In this document: in pieces, positions 50,244 to 63,000 of the stretch
How positions within the stretch are numbered: position 1 is the first letter of the stretch
Layout of the letters: each line of letters starts with the position of its first letter
Source of the DNA: Felis catus
Lineage: Eukaryota
DNA length: 64,000 nt
Assembly: GCF_018350175.1 (NCBI RefSeq)
Contig: NC_058368.1
Location: 35,528,001-35,592,000, forward strand
Direction of reading: 5' to 3'
The notes under the pieces: generated by a model
Database searches by the model: none
What the model was told of the DNA's origin: nothing
Seen by the model: only the letters and a program-made list of their open reading frames with translations
Position numbers and translations under genes: made by a program

Positions 50244-51508
50244 TCGTAGATCCTTCCCTCACCCTCCAAAGCCCCACCCCTAGTTGGCATATTAGCAGAA
50301 CACTTAGCTTCTAAATGAATTTCCCTTGTCTCATCTGAACAGTGAGAATAACGCTTTTCTGACTCAAGAAAAGGACTGACCCAGATTATCTTTGAAGTTC
50401 CTTACTAGTAGGATAGCCTCATTTCTGTGAATCCACTAAGACTTGACACTTGGTCAGGAAGATAAGTCCATTATAACGTTTCTCTGGAAAAAAATCAAAT
50501 TTGAATTACATCATCTCAACTTGCAGCCTCTTTGCCAAGAATATAACCTACTTAAATGCAGGAACTGCATTCCAACTTCACAAATTCCTTACTGGGTCCA
50601 ACATGGCAGGTGGTACTTAAACTGTGTTTTTTTACACCCCAAGAGGCCTTGAAAACACTGTGATAAGAGAACCAGCCTCTCTACTAAGGGTCACAGTATC
50701 CCTGTAGGAAGACATCTGGGAAGTAGAAAATTCACTTAAAAATGCAAACTACATAGTCCTGTAAGTAATTAATTAGGGAACATAAGTTGTATTTGAGCTA
50801 AAACGGAACCTTTGATTATACCTAATGTCTGGTAGATGATTAATGTATAAAGTGTTTGCTGTTTACTAAACAAGGGATTTGTCTTTTCTTTACCATCTGA
50901 AAAATCTTGTTTGAAACACTTAGTTTCAGAGATGTGATCATTTCTTTGGCACTTACTGGACTGTTAAATTGAATTCATGCTGTCCTTCCACGTTTCCCAA
51001 CCTACTCAGGAAGTATGAAAATGGGAACTGATGAGCAAGGCCTGGACATGTTTCCACATCCACTGTGTTAATGTTTATTAATGCAAGTCAGCTTGCACAC
51101 AGATCTACCACCTGGACCAAGATAAATGGTGAACAGTATACCTTGCTGCTTGGGCAACTTCCTTTCCATGGCTAAAACAGAAGAGGCTTTCTAACTTGGG
51201 ATATTCACTTTCATTGCAAACCTTTTTGATATCGTTGTTTTATATATATCAGAAACTTTTCATATCATATATGTTTGACAATAATTCTCAACAAGATATA
51301 ATAAAAAAGTTATCAGACCACCCCCTTCCCCACTTCAAGTAGCCATCTCTGTTCTAGGTTGTCCTGAGCAGGGAAAATGAATTGGGGGATGGTCGGGTGA
51401 TTTTTCCCTAAACTTCCTGGTCTTCTATTGTGCCAGTACAACTTTGTTATGCTATTCTTGGCTTCTTGCCTCATGAGGAACCAGAAGTTTATAAGCAGAT
51501 CCAGCAAC

Positions 51509-51657
51509 CAGTGGTTTTTATCCTGGGACTCATCAACCCCCAGAAGATAAAAGCAAAGGTACATGAATACATGCAATTTTTTTCTTAGGAGAAGGTTAAT
51601 AGCTTTCATGAGATTTTGAAATGAATCCATGATCCAGAGGAGATTAAAAAGTCCCAA
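51509..51657. mobile_element. hAT-Charlie MITE (MER112/MER113-like)
   Basis: CAGTGGTTTTTATCCTGGG start; ATAGCTTTCATGAGATTTTGAAA..TCCATGATCC near end. Confidence 0.55.
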
Positions 51658-52584
51658 TTTCAATTGACTTGGAATGTAATCAAGTCACCAATGACGTATT
51701 GCTTCTGCCACTAGAAAGGGCCTGTGATAGGGTACAACACAGTGTCCAGGAATCTATAAAAAGAAGAACTTGGATACTTAATTCAGGAGCCCCAGTCTCA
51801 TCCCCAACTTGTAATAGTTGAGATGTGTTCAGTAAACATGGATGAAGGGCTTTAAGCACTGATGATACAGTAGGAAGCTAATTATAAGAACACTCACCAG
51901 TATTTGTTGCATGCCTATGTACATAGCAATTGTTACATGTTCTTCCATTTAATATCAATAATTCCTCAGTTGAGTATAATTTACCCCATTATGAGATGAG
52001 AAAAATGAGGCTCAAATTGGCTAAATAATGTGTTTAGGACAGCAATGTTAACACACTGCAGTACCAAAATCGGAGCCCAGGTCACTCTGAAAGCTTATAG
52101 ATTAATATGCCCAGCTAGAAATGTCCTTCCAGACCGTAGGTATGGACCTTCAGTTCTCCAGTCATCCCACCTAAAAAACTGGAAAGGTAGCACATCTTAT
52201 GATTCCTCAGGCAGGGCAAAACAAGGCTAATTTTAGAAGTCTAATGAGAAAGGATTAAGATACTTCCTGTTAGACAGTCAACACAAGTGCCTCTCATTAG
52301 CAACAATAAAAAACCAGCTTGTATGGTTGGCAAAGGAAGCAGCCTCAGCTTTCTTTTGTGATTCTCAGCTGGATTGCCCCTTTAAGAAGCTTAGCCCACA
52401 TAGTCACATACACAGATCCTCTAAATCAAAACCTTTTCAAAAAACACCCAGGAGTGATCCCTAACTACCAAGGAGTAAGACATATCCTCTCAGGAAAGAA
52501 CAGTGAAGAGCTTTATCTGAATGCTGGTGAGGTTCAGCTATTCAAGAGAAAGCCATCTAGAGAAGTGATTTTACACAATTTGTG

Positions 52585-53340
52585 AATTTTATTCCATTCT
52601 AGCAAACTTTTATTGACACCTGTTCTCTGCAGGGATTGTGCAAAATGCTGCAGAAGAGGCTGAGATGTATAGAAATCGCTGGCCACTATGTTCATAGTTC
52701 ATTGGGAGAGACAGATACACAACCAATAAGGATAGTCTGGCAGACAGCAGTATGTTGGAAAATCAAATTTCAACCAAAATGCAAGAGGAGAGCAGGACAG
52801 TGAAAGAACAATCAGGGAGAGTCTGAAAAGGGCTTGTGGAAAATGTGGGCTCTTTGGATTAATAAAGGGAAGTAAGACATTGATAAGGACTAACATCTCA
52901 AAGCATAAAAGAAGGTATGGATATATCTGGAAAAACAATAGTAGCCCAGGAAGGTCCAGAGAGTAGAGTGGCTTTGGAGAGTCAAGAGAATACAGGTCAG
53001 TCAGCCTGGAAAGATGGTTGGAAAGTAAGTACACATTGCTGCCATTGCCAGGTCTATCCTGGAGACCCTTGCTAATCAGACTGTGGTTAAAGGAAAAGAA
53101 GCCTCAGGAACACCTGAAAACTTGTTAGACATGCAGAAGCCCAGGCCCCACCTTAGACCAACAGCATCAGAATCTGCATTTTTACATGATCACAGGTGAT
53201 TCATATGTGCATTATGGTTTGAGAAGCACTGCTGTGGACAATGGGGAGCCACTGATGGTTTCTAGGGGAGAAGAATAATCTGATCTTAGCTGTGCTTGGG
53301 AATTGCACCTTTGTAAAGTAGTATGGAGGACACAAAAAAT
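52585..53340 (-). mobile_element. L2 relic with nested MER5A (~53082-53232)
   Basis: TTTATTCCATTCTAGCAAACTTTTATTGACACCT L2 end; nested CTTGTTAGACATGCAGAAG...ATCAGAATCTGCATTTT...GTTTGAGAAGCACTG; L2 resumes with CAATGGGGAGCCACTGATGG. Confidence 0.75.
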
Positions 53341-54289
53341 GGCCGTGCAATAAGCAGTTATCCAGTGACTCTTTGCAAAAACATGAACAGTTGTCTTCTG
53401 GAATGATGATTATTGTATGATATTCCTATAGGCGTAGCTTCCTCACATTTGACTTTGAGGTAACTCAGATTAATTTTTTTAATGTAATTTATTCACTGGA
53501 TGGGAAGAGGAAGACGGGAAACCTGCTTGCTGTAAAAAATAGACATATTTTTCACTTTAATTCTTTATCCGGAATCTACATAACCGTGCTGTTTGATTTT
53601 AGATGGTTCAAATTTTTAATGCCACTTGAAATCTGATCACCAAGGACCCTGTAATATGAGATAAGATCAATCAGGCAGGCTCAGAGCCCTAATTCCAGAA
53701 TAGTCTATGGCAACTCTTCTACCCTCCTCCATCCCCCAAACACCCATTTTGAGATAGCCAGGATAATTTTCTTCATTTCCTGCCCAGACAGCTGTGGAGT
53801 GTTGTGATTCTTTGTTAGACAGCTGCAGCATTTCTCCTTAGAAAAGGATACATCTTGTCAAGGATGCGGTTATTCTCAAATTTTTAGCCTATTTTTTAAA
53901 CAGCGATGTACCCACCAGATGTAGAAATAGCTTAGCTTTAGAAACCGTAGAGCAAGGCCACAGCTAACATGCGCTTCCCTGCTTGGAGGTCAGCGCTACA
54001 AACACCCTCCGGAGGTTGCTTGTAATCTCCACTGCTTCCGCAAACAGTCCAACCCACCCCTGTTGGAAAATCCTCTGGACTCCTGAAAATAACTCCTTAC
54101 TGGCTGAGTAAACCTTAACCGTCTCCTACAAGCAGATAAGAAAATGCCACACATCTAGAAGGTGAGGAGTAGCCAATTTTAATCCTCAATTATCTCCTCC
54201 TTCCACATCCACAAAACAGCCCAGCTATCTTCTGATCTTTACTGTGAAACTGCAGAGAGGAGAGAAAGAGCTAAAAGAAGATAAAATCT

Positions 54290-54450
54290 CGTGGTGTGCG
54301 CGCACGCGCGTGCGTCCATGGGCAGTCATGTAGGAGGGAGACAGGCAACCACATAAAAATTGAAAATTACCTCAGATGACAGTAAGGGAGACAGGACTTG
54401 GAAGACCGCGGGAGCAGAGATGATTAGAGTGAGTAGGCACGTCGTCGGGT
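54290..54450. promoter_or_regulatory. Candidate regulatory element with NRF1-like CpG palindrome
   Basis: GTGTGCGCGCACGCGCGTGCGT (54294-54315) and further CpGs to ~54448 in a CpG-poor window. Confidence 0.3.
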
Positions 54451-55202
54451 GAGGGCTGAGAGGTTAGAATACTTAGATTACTTGGGAAATGTTGGACATT
54501 AGGTCAAGGGAGTTTTGTTACTGTGCCACGTCCTATAATTTAGATATCACGAGTCACAGATAGCACAGATATGAGGGAAGATTTTTTCCTCTTAAATGAC
54601 TTCTTCTGCTTTCAGAATAACCTCTTATTTGGTACTATTTTAATTTTTAAAGGCACTGGCAAAATGAAGCCAGAGGCAATTAAAAATCCTTGTAGTTTCT
54701 TTTGTGAAATTGGTGTTTGGGGGGAGTTTCTCCAAATAAAAATTCTGTTTGCCCCCTTTCTATTTCAGGATCTCTAATAATCATTAAATTTTGTTTGACA
54801 AGGAATGCCACAGGTTAAAGCGATTCCTAACTTTGTAAAATCAGTCACAAACTCTATTCCCCGAGGTAGAGAGGAGAGAGCCTTTGTCCGTTGGCACAGC
54901 CTGGAAGTGCTTGGAAACCACACAGCAAAGGTCAACTGGTCTCACGCCGTCAACAAACCTCTCTGCGTACCTACTGCAGATCAGGGGTTTTGCTAGGCAG
55001 AGGCTGTGAGAAGACAACTAAGGCATAAACCCTGTCTCACAAAACTTCTATATTACAAGAAAGACAACCAAGGAAAAGGGTACTTCAAATACAGGTTTAT
55101 CAATATAACAGGGACAGCTACCTACAGAGTATCAGGGAAAGCTTCCTGACCAAATGGAGGGAAAATCCCTCCAAAAGCTAGCTGTTCTTAGAAGTCCATT
55201 CT

Positions 55203-55625
55203 TTTTTTTTTTTTTTTTTTTTTTTTTTGTCAAATTGGCTTCCATACAACACCCAGTGCTCATCCCAACAAGTGTCCTCCTCAATGCCCATCACCCATTT
55301 TCCTTCTCCTCCACCCCCATACACCCTTAGTTTGTTCTCTGTATTTAAGAGTCTCTTGTGGTTTGCCTCCCTCCCTCTCTGTGACTGTGTTTTCCCCTTC
55401 CCTTCCCCCATGGTCTTCTGTTCAGTTTCTCAAGATCCACATATGAGTGATAACATATGATATCTGTCCTTCTATGACTGACTTCCAGAATAATACCAGC
55501 ATAATACCTTCCAGTTCCACCCACGTTGCTGCAAATGGCATGATTTCATTCTTTTTCATTGCCAAGTAGTATTCCGTTGAATATATAAACCACATCTTCT
55601 TTAGCCATTCATCTTGCACTGTTGG
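55203..55625 (-). mobile_element. 5'-truncated feline-type L1 (end of ORF2 plus 3' UTR)
   Basis: Long T tail, carnivore/feline 3' UTR (CAACACCCAGTGCTCATCCCAACAAGTG), ORF2 tail [31 protein letters not shown]; perfect 14-bp TSD TAGAAGTCCATTCT (55189-55202 and 55626-55639). Confidence 0.95.
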
Positions 55626-55890
55626 TAGAAGTCCATTCTGATGGAGCTTTTTGGTAATGTTGATGTTCAGGCAGGATTAACCAGTTCTCAGAGCTTGACT
55701 AAAGAGCTTAAAGTCATGGACGTGTACAAGATGAGTTATCCCAGCACCACATGCCAAATTCAGAAAGGGTTAAAACCTATAGACAAGGTGACCCCTGCAG
55801 CACTGGAGAAAGTTCTCATGAAGCAAGTATGTGGTAAGCAGTCTGTGGTGGGGTTAGCGGGAAAAACTAGTCAAGGGTGCATTGCCACCA

Positions 55891-56135
55891 AGCAGCTTAG
55901 AATGAGCAAGACTCCAGAGCTGGACTGCCTGGGTTTAAATCCCGGCTCTCCTGTTTACTAGATATTTGACCTTCAGCTCAACCTCTCTGTGCCATAGTTT
56001 CCTCATCTGGGAAATGGGGGATGATAAATTACACTATCTACTTCATAGGGTTGTTATGAGGAGCAAACGAGTTGATGTTTGGATCGTCTTTAGGATAATG
56101 CTTGGCCCTTAGAAAGTGTTTTGAAAGGGTTGTAT
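55891..56135 (+). mobile_element. MIR (near full length)
   Basis: GACTGCCTGGGTTTAAATCCCGGCTCT...AACCTCTCTGTGCCATAGTTTCCTCATCTG...TCATAGGGTTGTTATGAGGA. Confidence 0.88.
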
Positions 56136-58664
56136 TAAATAAAAGTCGGCATCATGATACACACATGCCCCCATTTAATGTCTATCAAGATAGGGTAGCT
56201 GAACCATAATTTGTTCCAGATAATATCTGTTTTCTATGGATGAGATGATCTTTCCATGAGGGAAAGGGACCACTTATCCCAAGCAGTCTCCCTCTCTGCC
56301 AAAAAAGATCCACTCAGATTACATTCAAGTAAAATAACTCCATGGTCCCCTTTCCCCCAATTATGGCATAATGAATGGAATACATTTTTCCAAGAGACTC
56401 TTGCCTTGGTGAAGCTCATCATCTCCCCTCTTTTTTAATTACATTGACTGGCTCTGTCTTACCTCCAATTATGAAATTAATTTTTATAAATCTCTTGCTT
56501 TTCCTATTGTTCTCCACAATAGTTAGCAAACAACCCTCATTCTCTAGGCCATTCATTAAAAAAAAAAAAAAAAAAAAAAAAAGATTATGCTTAGGCATAC
56601 ACATTACCCCTGAACTGACAGACTTCTACAAAACTAATTTCCCCATCCTCTTATCAGAGGTCTGTACTGAAGCAGCAGTTTCCACATGGAAACTATTTAT
56701 AAGCTGCACAGGGCAAGTAAATGCCAGGAAGCAAAATTGGCTGCCTTTAGGATTTTACACAGACATTCCAAGTCCCAGACCTATTTCTTTTTCAAAATTT
56801 TAATAATTAGTCATTTTCTTAAGCTGTGACCAAAAAAAAAAAAAAAAGTTTCCTAGGAGGACATTAGGATTGTATTAAGCCACTTTGTCAGGCAGCTTAA
56901 TAAGCGTCCCACTGAGCAGGTCAGGAGCCGCAGCCCCTCCCAGACTCGGTGCAGATAAAAACTCCACTGATATGTACTTGAGTCCCTGACCTGCAAGTTA
57001 ACACTCCCTGTTTTTCCAGACGGCCATTCTCCCGAGTGCAGGCTGACAATCATGTCACACGGGGCTAGGACCTGACCACCAGCCTCATTTTCAATTGTGA
57101 GTAAAATCAGGATTTGAAGCCAGGTCTCTGAAGATCAAGCGCGATGACATGAACTTGGTCCCCTAATAAATCACAGCTGAAGTTAGTGTTCAGGAGAGCA
57201 AATGCTATATGATGCTGCTGGCAAGATGAATTCTATTACAGTCTCACTTGCCCCCTTTTGCCTTGGCTTAAAACTTTCAAAGAAGTGTAATCAGAGTTTC
57301 CAAAACTCCATGTTTATCCTTTGTTTAAAAGCATTTTTTTGTGGTTGTTCTTTTGGGAAATCATCGTACAGATGGCCTCAGAGGAAAAATTATATATTTT
57401 ATATTTATTCTGAGGGCTGTGGGCTTTCACAAGGGCAAAGTTTAGAACAAAAATCATGTGTGGATCGAGGAATTCTGAGTGAAGAAAGAACAAAAATTAC
57501 ATACCAAGCCATTTTTGAAAGAGCAAAAAATTACATATCAAGTCGTTTTTGAAATATTTTTAACATTTTGTATTTTCTATCTAGAAATGCTGAAAATAAA
57601 TAATAATACCTGAAAATTATGATGTACCTTCTGAATTCAGCTTCAGTGGAGCAGGTGATACTTAAGGAAGCATCACCGGTAAATATCAAAACATCACAGA
57701 AATATTGATGTTTTACTGCTATGCTCTTCTTAGCAATTTTTTAAGGGGGCCAAATGGCATAAACTCAGCGTTTAAAACTACAAAGTACATTTTTTTTTCT
57801 GATTCTTAACGCAAAGATGTGTACTCACAAAGAAAAATCAATTTGTCAACCTTGTGTGTACATGACATTTTTCATTTCCCCACTTGCTGAGGAGAAACAC
57901 AGACAATGTGTGCTGCTGAATGAAGTGACATTTAAAGAATTGTGATTTGTTTTCATTTACCACCTTAGTTACATTTAAAATTTTAAATATTACATGAATA
58001 AGCCTTCTCTACATATTTGAAATCAAACCAGTAAAATTCCTTGCAAGGAAGCAAAATTTTCACCTACTCAACTCACCCTTTTATGTCTGTTGTCAAAATG
58101 ATGCATTTAATGGCATCAAAAGGCTGAACAAGTAGAAAATGCAGGCTCTTTTGGCAATATTTTACAAATTTATCCAAGTTTTCACTTGCCCTAAACTCAC
58201 TTCTTTTAACCCTAGACTCGTGCCTTCAGGATCTAGCCCATCCTTAGTTCCAGAACCACATTATTCTAACTGTTGAACCAGAAGTAATTTATAGTTTCAT
58301 ATCATAAAAGGATCAGGTTTACCTCTTCAAGAAGACGGTTGGTCATTGATGGTTATGTCTGCCATGCTTAGAATATTCTGTTTGCCATATTCCATAATTT
58401 GAAAAGTGGGTTTTGTGTAAATACATTGCCTGCCCTACTATTTTGCAAGCAGAACGCTTTTTCCTAAAGTAGCTTCATAATACCAAGTAAATCCATTGCT
58501 CGGTTCTCCTGATTCAGGATGACAGCAAATACCACAACCCATTCTGGCTTCAAGTGCCTTCTGTTCTGAGAAATGAGTCTTCTTCTACAACCAGACCCAT
58601 TTAGCATCCATGCCAGACTCTGTTTGGGACTTTATTTGTTTCTTGAAAACAAGCTCTACAGGAT

Positions 58665-59390
58665 TGGTCATCTTATGGCTATTTTGTAGTTGAAGAAACT
58701 GAGACTCAGAAGGGTTCAGAGGAGTTAAGCCCACTTAGCTGTCAGGAATTGGGATCTAAACTGTCTGCATCCAAAACCTGGATTTCAATAACTGAGCCAT
58801 CTTGTTTCTCTTTCTGGCCACAAGTGAAATATAATGGTCGAGATCTGAAGGCTGGGTTCAAATCCCACCTCTGCTCCTTCCCAGCTGTGGCACTTCGGAA
58901 AAGTGTCTGAACATTGAATGAAATGAAGCTAGCAAGGTACGTGTCCCATAAGACGTTCTCAAAGATTAGAATGGGTGTGGAAAGCCCTCTGCGCAGTGCT
59001 TCCCATGCAGCAAAGTGTTCAATATGAAAGGGGCTGTCAGAGTATGGGAAGTACCAACTCTAGATACTCCAAATCACAGTGTGTGTGTTCAAGGCATCTG
59101 TAGAGTTAAAATACAAAAGACTTAACCAGGTTTTTCATCATCCAGGACTTTCACAATCATGATTAATGAAAATGACTTTTATTAAAAGTTCACCACTGCC
59201 AGGTGCTGTGATGGGCACTTTGTATATACCATATCCATTGCTTCTCACAACCATGTGATGAACTAGAAATTAAACCTGTTTTGTAGTTTATGAGCACAGG
59301 ATTAACTGGTTATATATTCAACCAGCTACTTATATAGAGGAGTGAAGATGTGAACCCAGGCAAATATCACAACCTAAGCTTTTACTATAG
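58665..59390. mobile_element. Cluster of three MIR fragments (-, +, -)
   Basis: GAAGAAACTGAGACTCAGA; CTGGGTTCAAATCCCACCTCTGC; TGCCAGGTGCTGTG...TTCTCACAACCATGTGA. Confidence 0.65.
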
Positions 59391-59849
59391 TTGTGTGGAC
59401 TACTCTACTACTCCTTGATTATCTCTGTGGCAGGATATGTAATGACTTCTATAAATTCACTTGTTTTTGTTGTTCCTCTCTTTCTCTATACGTCAAAAAG
59501 ATGGAATGCAAACATTTTAACTCACTGCCTAGATAATTTGAGGATTGAGACCTCTCTGCTCTCCAAGAAAGGGAAAGTAGCTTATCAGTTGCTAACAATT
59601 TGGGTTCTAAGGGTGCTGAAGCCAACAGGAGCCCATATACTGTGCAAGAAAAGGAAACCAGGGTTTCAAGAGCGTTGAAGTCCCTCTAAGGGACGAGGAG
59701 GGTTTCCCCCAGAATGAAAGTCGGTCAGAAGGAAGTGACTTGAAAGAGGAGGTAAGAAAAGAGTCATGGGGACAGGAACCTCATCCCCAGAAGTCAGCTT
59801 CTAGAAGGACAACTCTAAAGGGCCTGGGTGGAAGACGATCAAACATCTG

Positions 59850-60070
59850 TAACTGAAACTAGCCTGCCTTGGATCAAACCCCAATTCTACTACTTGCTAG
59901 TTTTGTGACTTTTGACAAGTGGCTTAACCTTTATCCTGCTACCTCAGATTTCTCTTCTGTAAAATGGGGATAATGTTAGCATTCTACCTTATAGGGTTCT
60001 CAGGGTTAAATGATACCTGTTAAGCCATTAGAATAATATCTGGCCCAGAGGATGAGCTTAGTTATTATTT
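59850..60070 (+). mobile_element. MIR
   Basis: TGTGACTTTTGACAAGTGGCTTAACCT...CCTCAGATTTCTCTTCTGTAAAATGGGGATAAT. Confidence 0.85.
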
Positions 60071-63000
60071 ATACAATATTTGAGAGCTCTTGAGTTGGGT
60101 GGAGCTATGTCATCCTATGCCCAAAATGGAAGTCTATGTCATGGTCTGCACCCATGTCTGTGCTCGCATCAGCAGATCCTCCCGTTAGGGCTCAGAAATA
60201 GCTCATTCTGGAAGGATCCAATGATATGCTTGTGATTTCCCAGTGGGAGCATGTTGTGACTTTGCTACAACCCTTCTCTGCCATTTCCAAATGCAACACG
60301 GGGACCACTGTAAATCCAAAATAAGAAAGCCTGTTAAAGTCAGAACTTAAGTGATTAACAATGAAAACCCAATTCCCCTTTTTTCTATCTCCACTTCTAT
60401 TTTGCTCAGTTCCCACATGTGTAAAATAAAAATATCACCCACCTCACAGAATCATTATGAGTATTAAATGAGATAGCAAATAAAAATTGTCCAGCACTGT
60501 GCCTGACACATAATAGGTCATTAAAAAATATCTATTTGCTCTTTTCTTTCCTTAAGCTAAAGACAGCACTTATTAAACAGTGTTAGGGGACTAATGATTG
60601 AAGGTTAAAGGCCTCATGAGAAGCAGGGAATTGGTTCTATCATTAAGACACTGCTGTGTATACCATATCTACTGATTTAGTCCTTCCTCAAATGCTTGTT
60701 TTTCATAATGTAGATATGATAGAAAGAATGACTTCAACATAGGAATAAAATAAAGAAAATAATAATAATGATCATTAAAAATATCGAACTTCTGATATAT
60801 AAAAAAAAATGGCTTCTGTTTCTTTAATAGAAACGTCTATATTTTTCTGTTTTGGTCCCTAGAAAACCAAATCATCATTTATTCCTATGTGTTAGAAAGA
60901 GATCTGTTCTGCCATAGTTGTTAAATTCATGTATGCTCACACGACAGAAGGAGACGTTCTGGAGGGCCTTTTCCATCATTAAATGAGCACCTATGTAGTG
61001 CTGCCAGAAGTGAAAGGGATAAGGGCACTTTGAGGAATCAAAGAGAAAAGGCACTAACATAAAAATTAATCAGATGATGTGTATTAGTAGACAGAGCCCC
61101 ACAGTCTGTTTACTGCATCCTCTGTGTGACAACATAACAAAGATACTGAGGGAAACCACTAGAGAGGACACACCATTTCAAGATCAAAATACTAGAAACA
61201 AGGGCTTATTTGAAGTACTGTTAGGATGCCACACCTCACCCTCAGCAGGGCGGCTAATTTCTCACACCAATCAGTCCATTGCTAGAAATGCTGAGGAGGG
61301 AAAAAAATCCCTGCCGCGCACTTTCCTGTCTTTCGCCAGATTCTAAATCTTCGCACAGAAATAATTTGCAAGCACAGGCTTCTCTGGGATTCAATAAATT
61401 TTCCCAACCACCTCTCTTTGTTCCTTCAATCTTAGAGGGATGCTCCAAGCAGACAGGAAATGTGACCCAGAAGTGTGGCAGCACATTTGTGTCTTGTTTC
61501 AGGAAGATGAGTGTTTCTCAGTCTCGTGCAGTTGAACTCACACATTCCATCTCTGAGGAAAGTTTTGAAGTCTTGGCCCTTTGTTCTCAAGACCACTTTA
61601 AGAAACAGCCCTTGGGGACACAAAGACAATAAACTGCTTGGTGGAATGCTCTGTGCTCTGAATATATATCTTCAGGGATCAGGATATACTACTGATGTTT
61701 TACTATCATGGCTTTTCAGACACTATTCTTGTTGCCAAACAAGATGATCAGTCCTAGTCTAGGTTACACTTTAAGAATCTATCTCAATGATCACATGCTG
61801 GTTCATAGAGTGCATATAATATTTTCACATAGCCTTCAAATTAGTTCTAATTTTTCTCTGGAGTACAAAAATGTCATTGAAAGTATTCTTAAATAAATGG
61901 GAAATATGTGTATATTCTATACTAATATCTATATGTAGCTGGACTTTACCTAACCGAAGCTAGACATAGACAATTTATCTATATTAACCAATAATGACAG
62001 TCATTCATTTACTTTCTTATTGGGATGGGATTTAAAGACAGGGAATTCAGGGGTGGGTCTTGGGTTCAAGCACAAACATGCTCAGCATTGCCACTAGCCA
62101 AAGGAAAACGTGGATGCATCTCAACCCCAACCCCAAACAGGTGCAGCCCTATAGACCCACTTGTGTTGAGCAGAAGGGGAGGGGTGTGAATTTCAGACCC
62201 CACCTGAGACCTCAGCAGGGTACAGTACATTTCACAAACAGCACAGTGACAGGAAGCCCTTCATGTGCAATGAGGACATCAGTGGTGGGTTGTGAACACC
62301 TATCCCCAATACGAAAAGCTCTAGCACACCAAATACCCTGATACACGAGAAATTCATGTAGGGATCAAGTATAAAAAATGGGTGGTAATATTCATTATAC
62401 TTTACGAGAATTACTTTCGTTTATCACATTTAATATACAAATGGTTATAGTCTTTAAATACATAGGATACATTTTATATTTTCAAAATGAAAATTCCAAC
62501 ACATTACCCTTCATAAACACAACAAACAAAAAAGTCATCATCAGGAAAAAATTAGAACCCACCCAAGTAATTTCTTCTGAATCATCTCTCTATCTGCTCC
62601 ATTTCTCTTTTCCCCACCCTTCCATGGTCTGTTGTTGCCAGCAAGTCAACATAAATGCTGAAGGAAGAACAAAAGGAAAACAGAAACATATATTTATGTA
62701 AACTTGTATTGATTCAACTAGGAAGAAACCCCACAGCTTTCAAGGTCTGAGTCACAAATCATTATGATCAGAAATGCTGAAGTGCTAGGAATACACAAGT
62801 GCTTTGGCTTGTTATCATGGCTCGGGCCTGTTGCAGAGCCAGAGTGAAGTGGAAAAACATTAAATATAGTTTTAAGCCTCCGTTTATCAGGTGATAGTTC
62901 AGGAAAGGGAGGACACAGTGGCCCTAAGTCCAGGCTCGTCTATTCAGCACCACGCATCCTCACTGACACATCCGCATTTGGGAAAATCAGAGGGAGGTCG

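Noticed and set aside
57368..57420. Hairpin CCTCAGA...TCTGAGG around an AT-rich core
   Set aside because: Stem too short and irregular for a miRNA call
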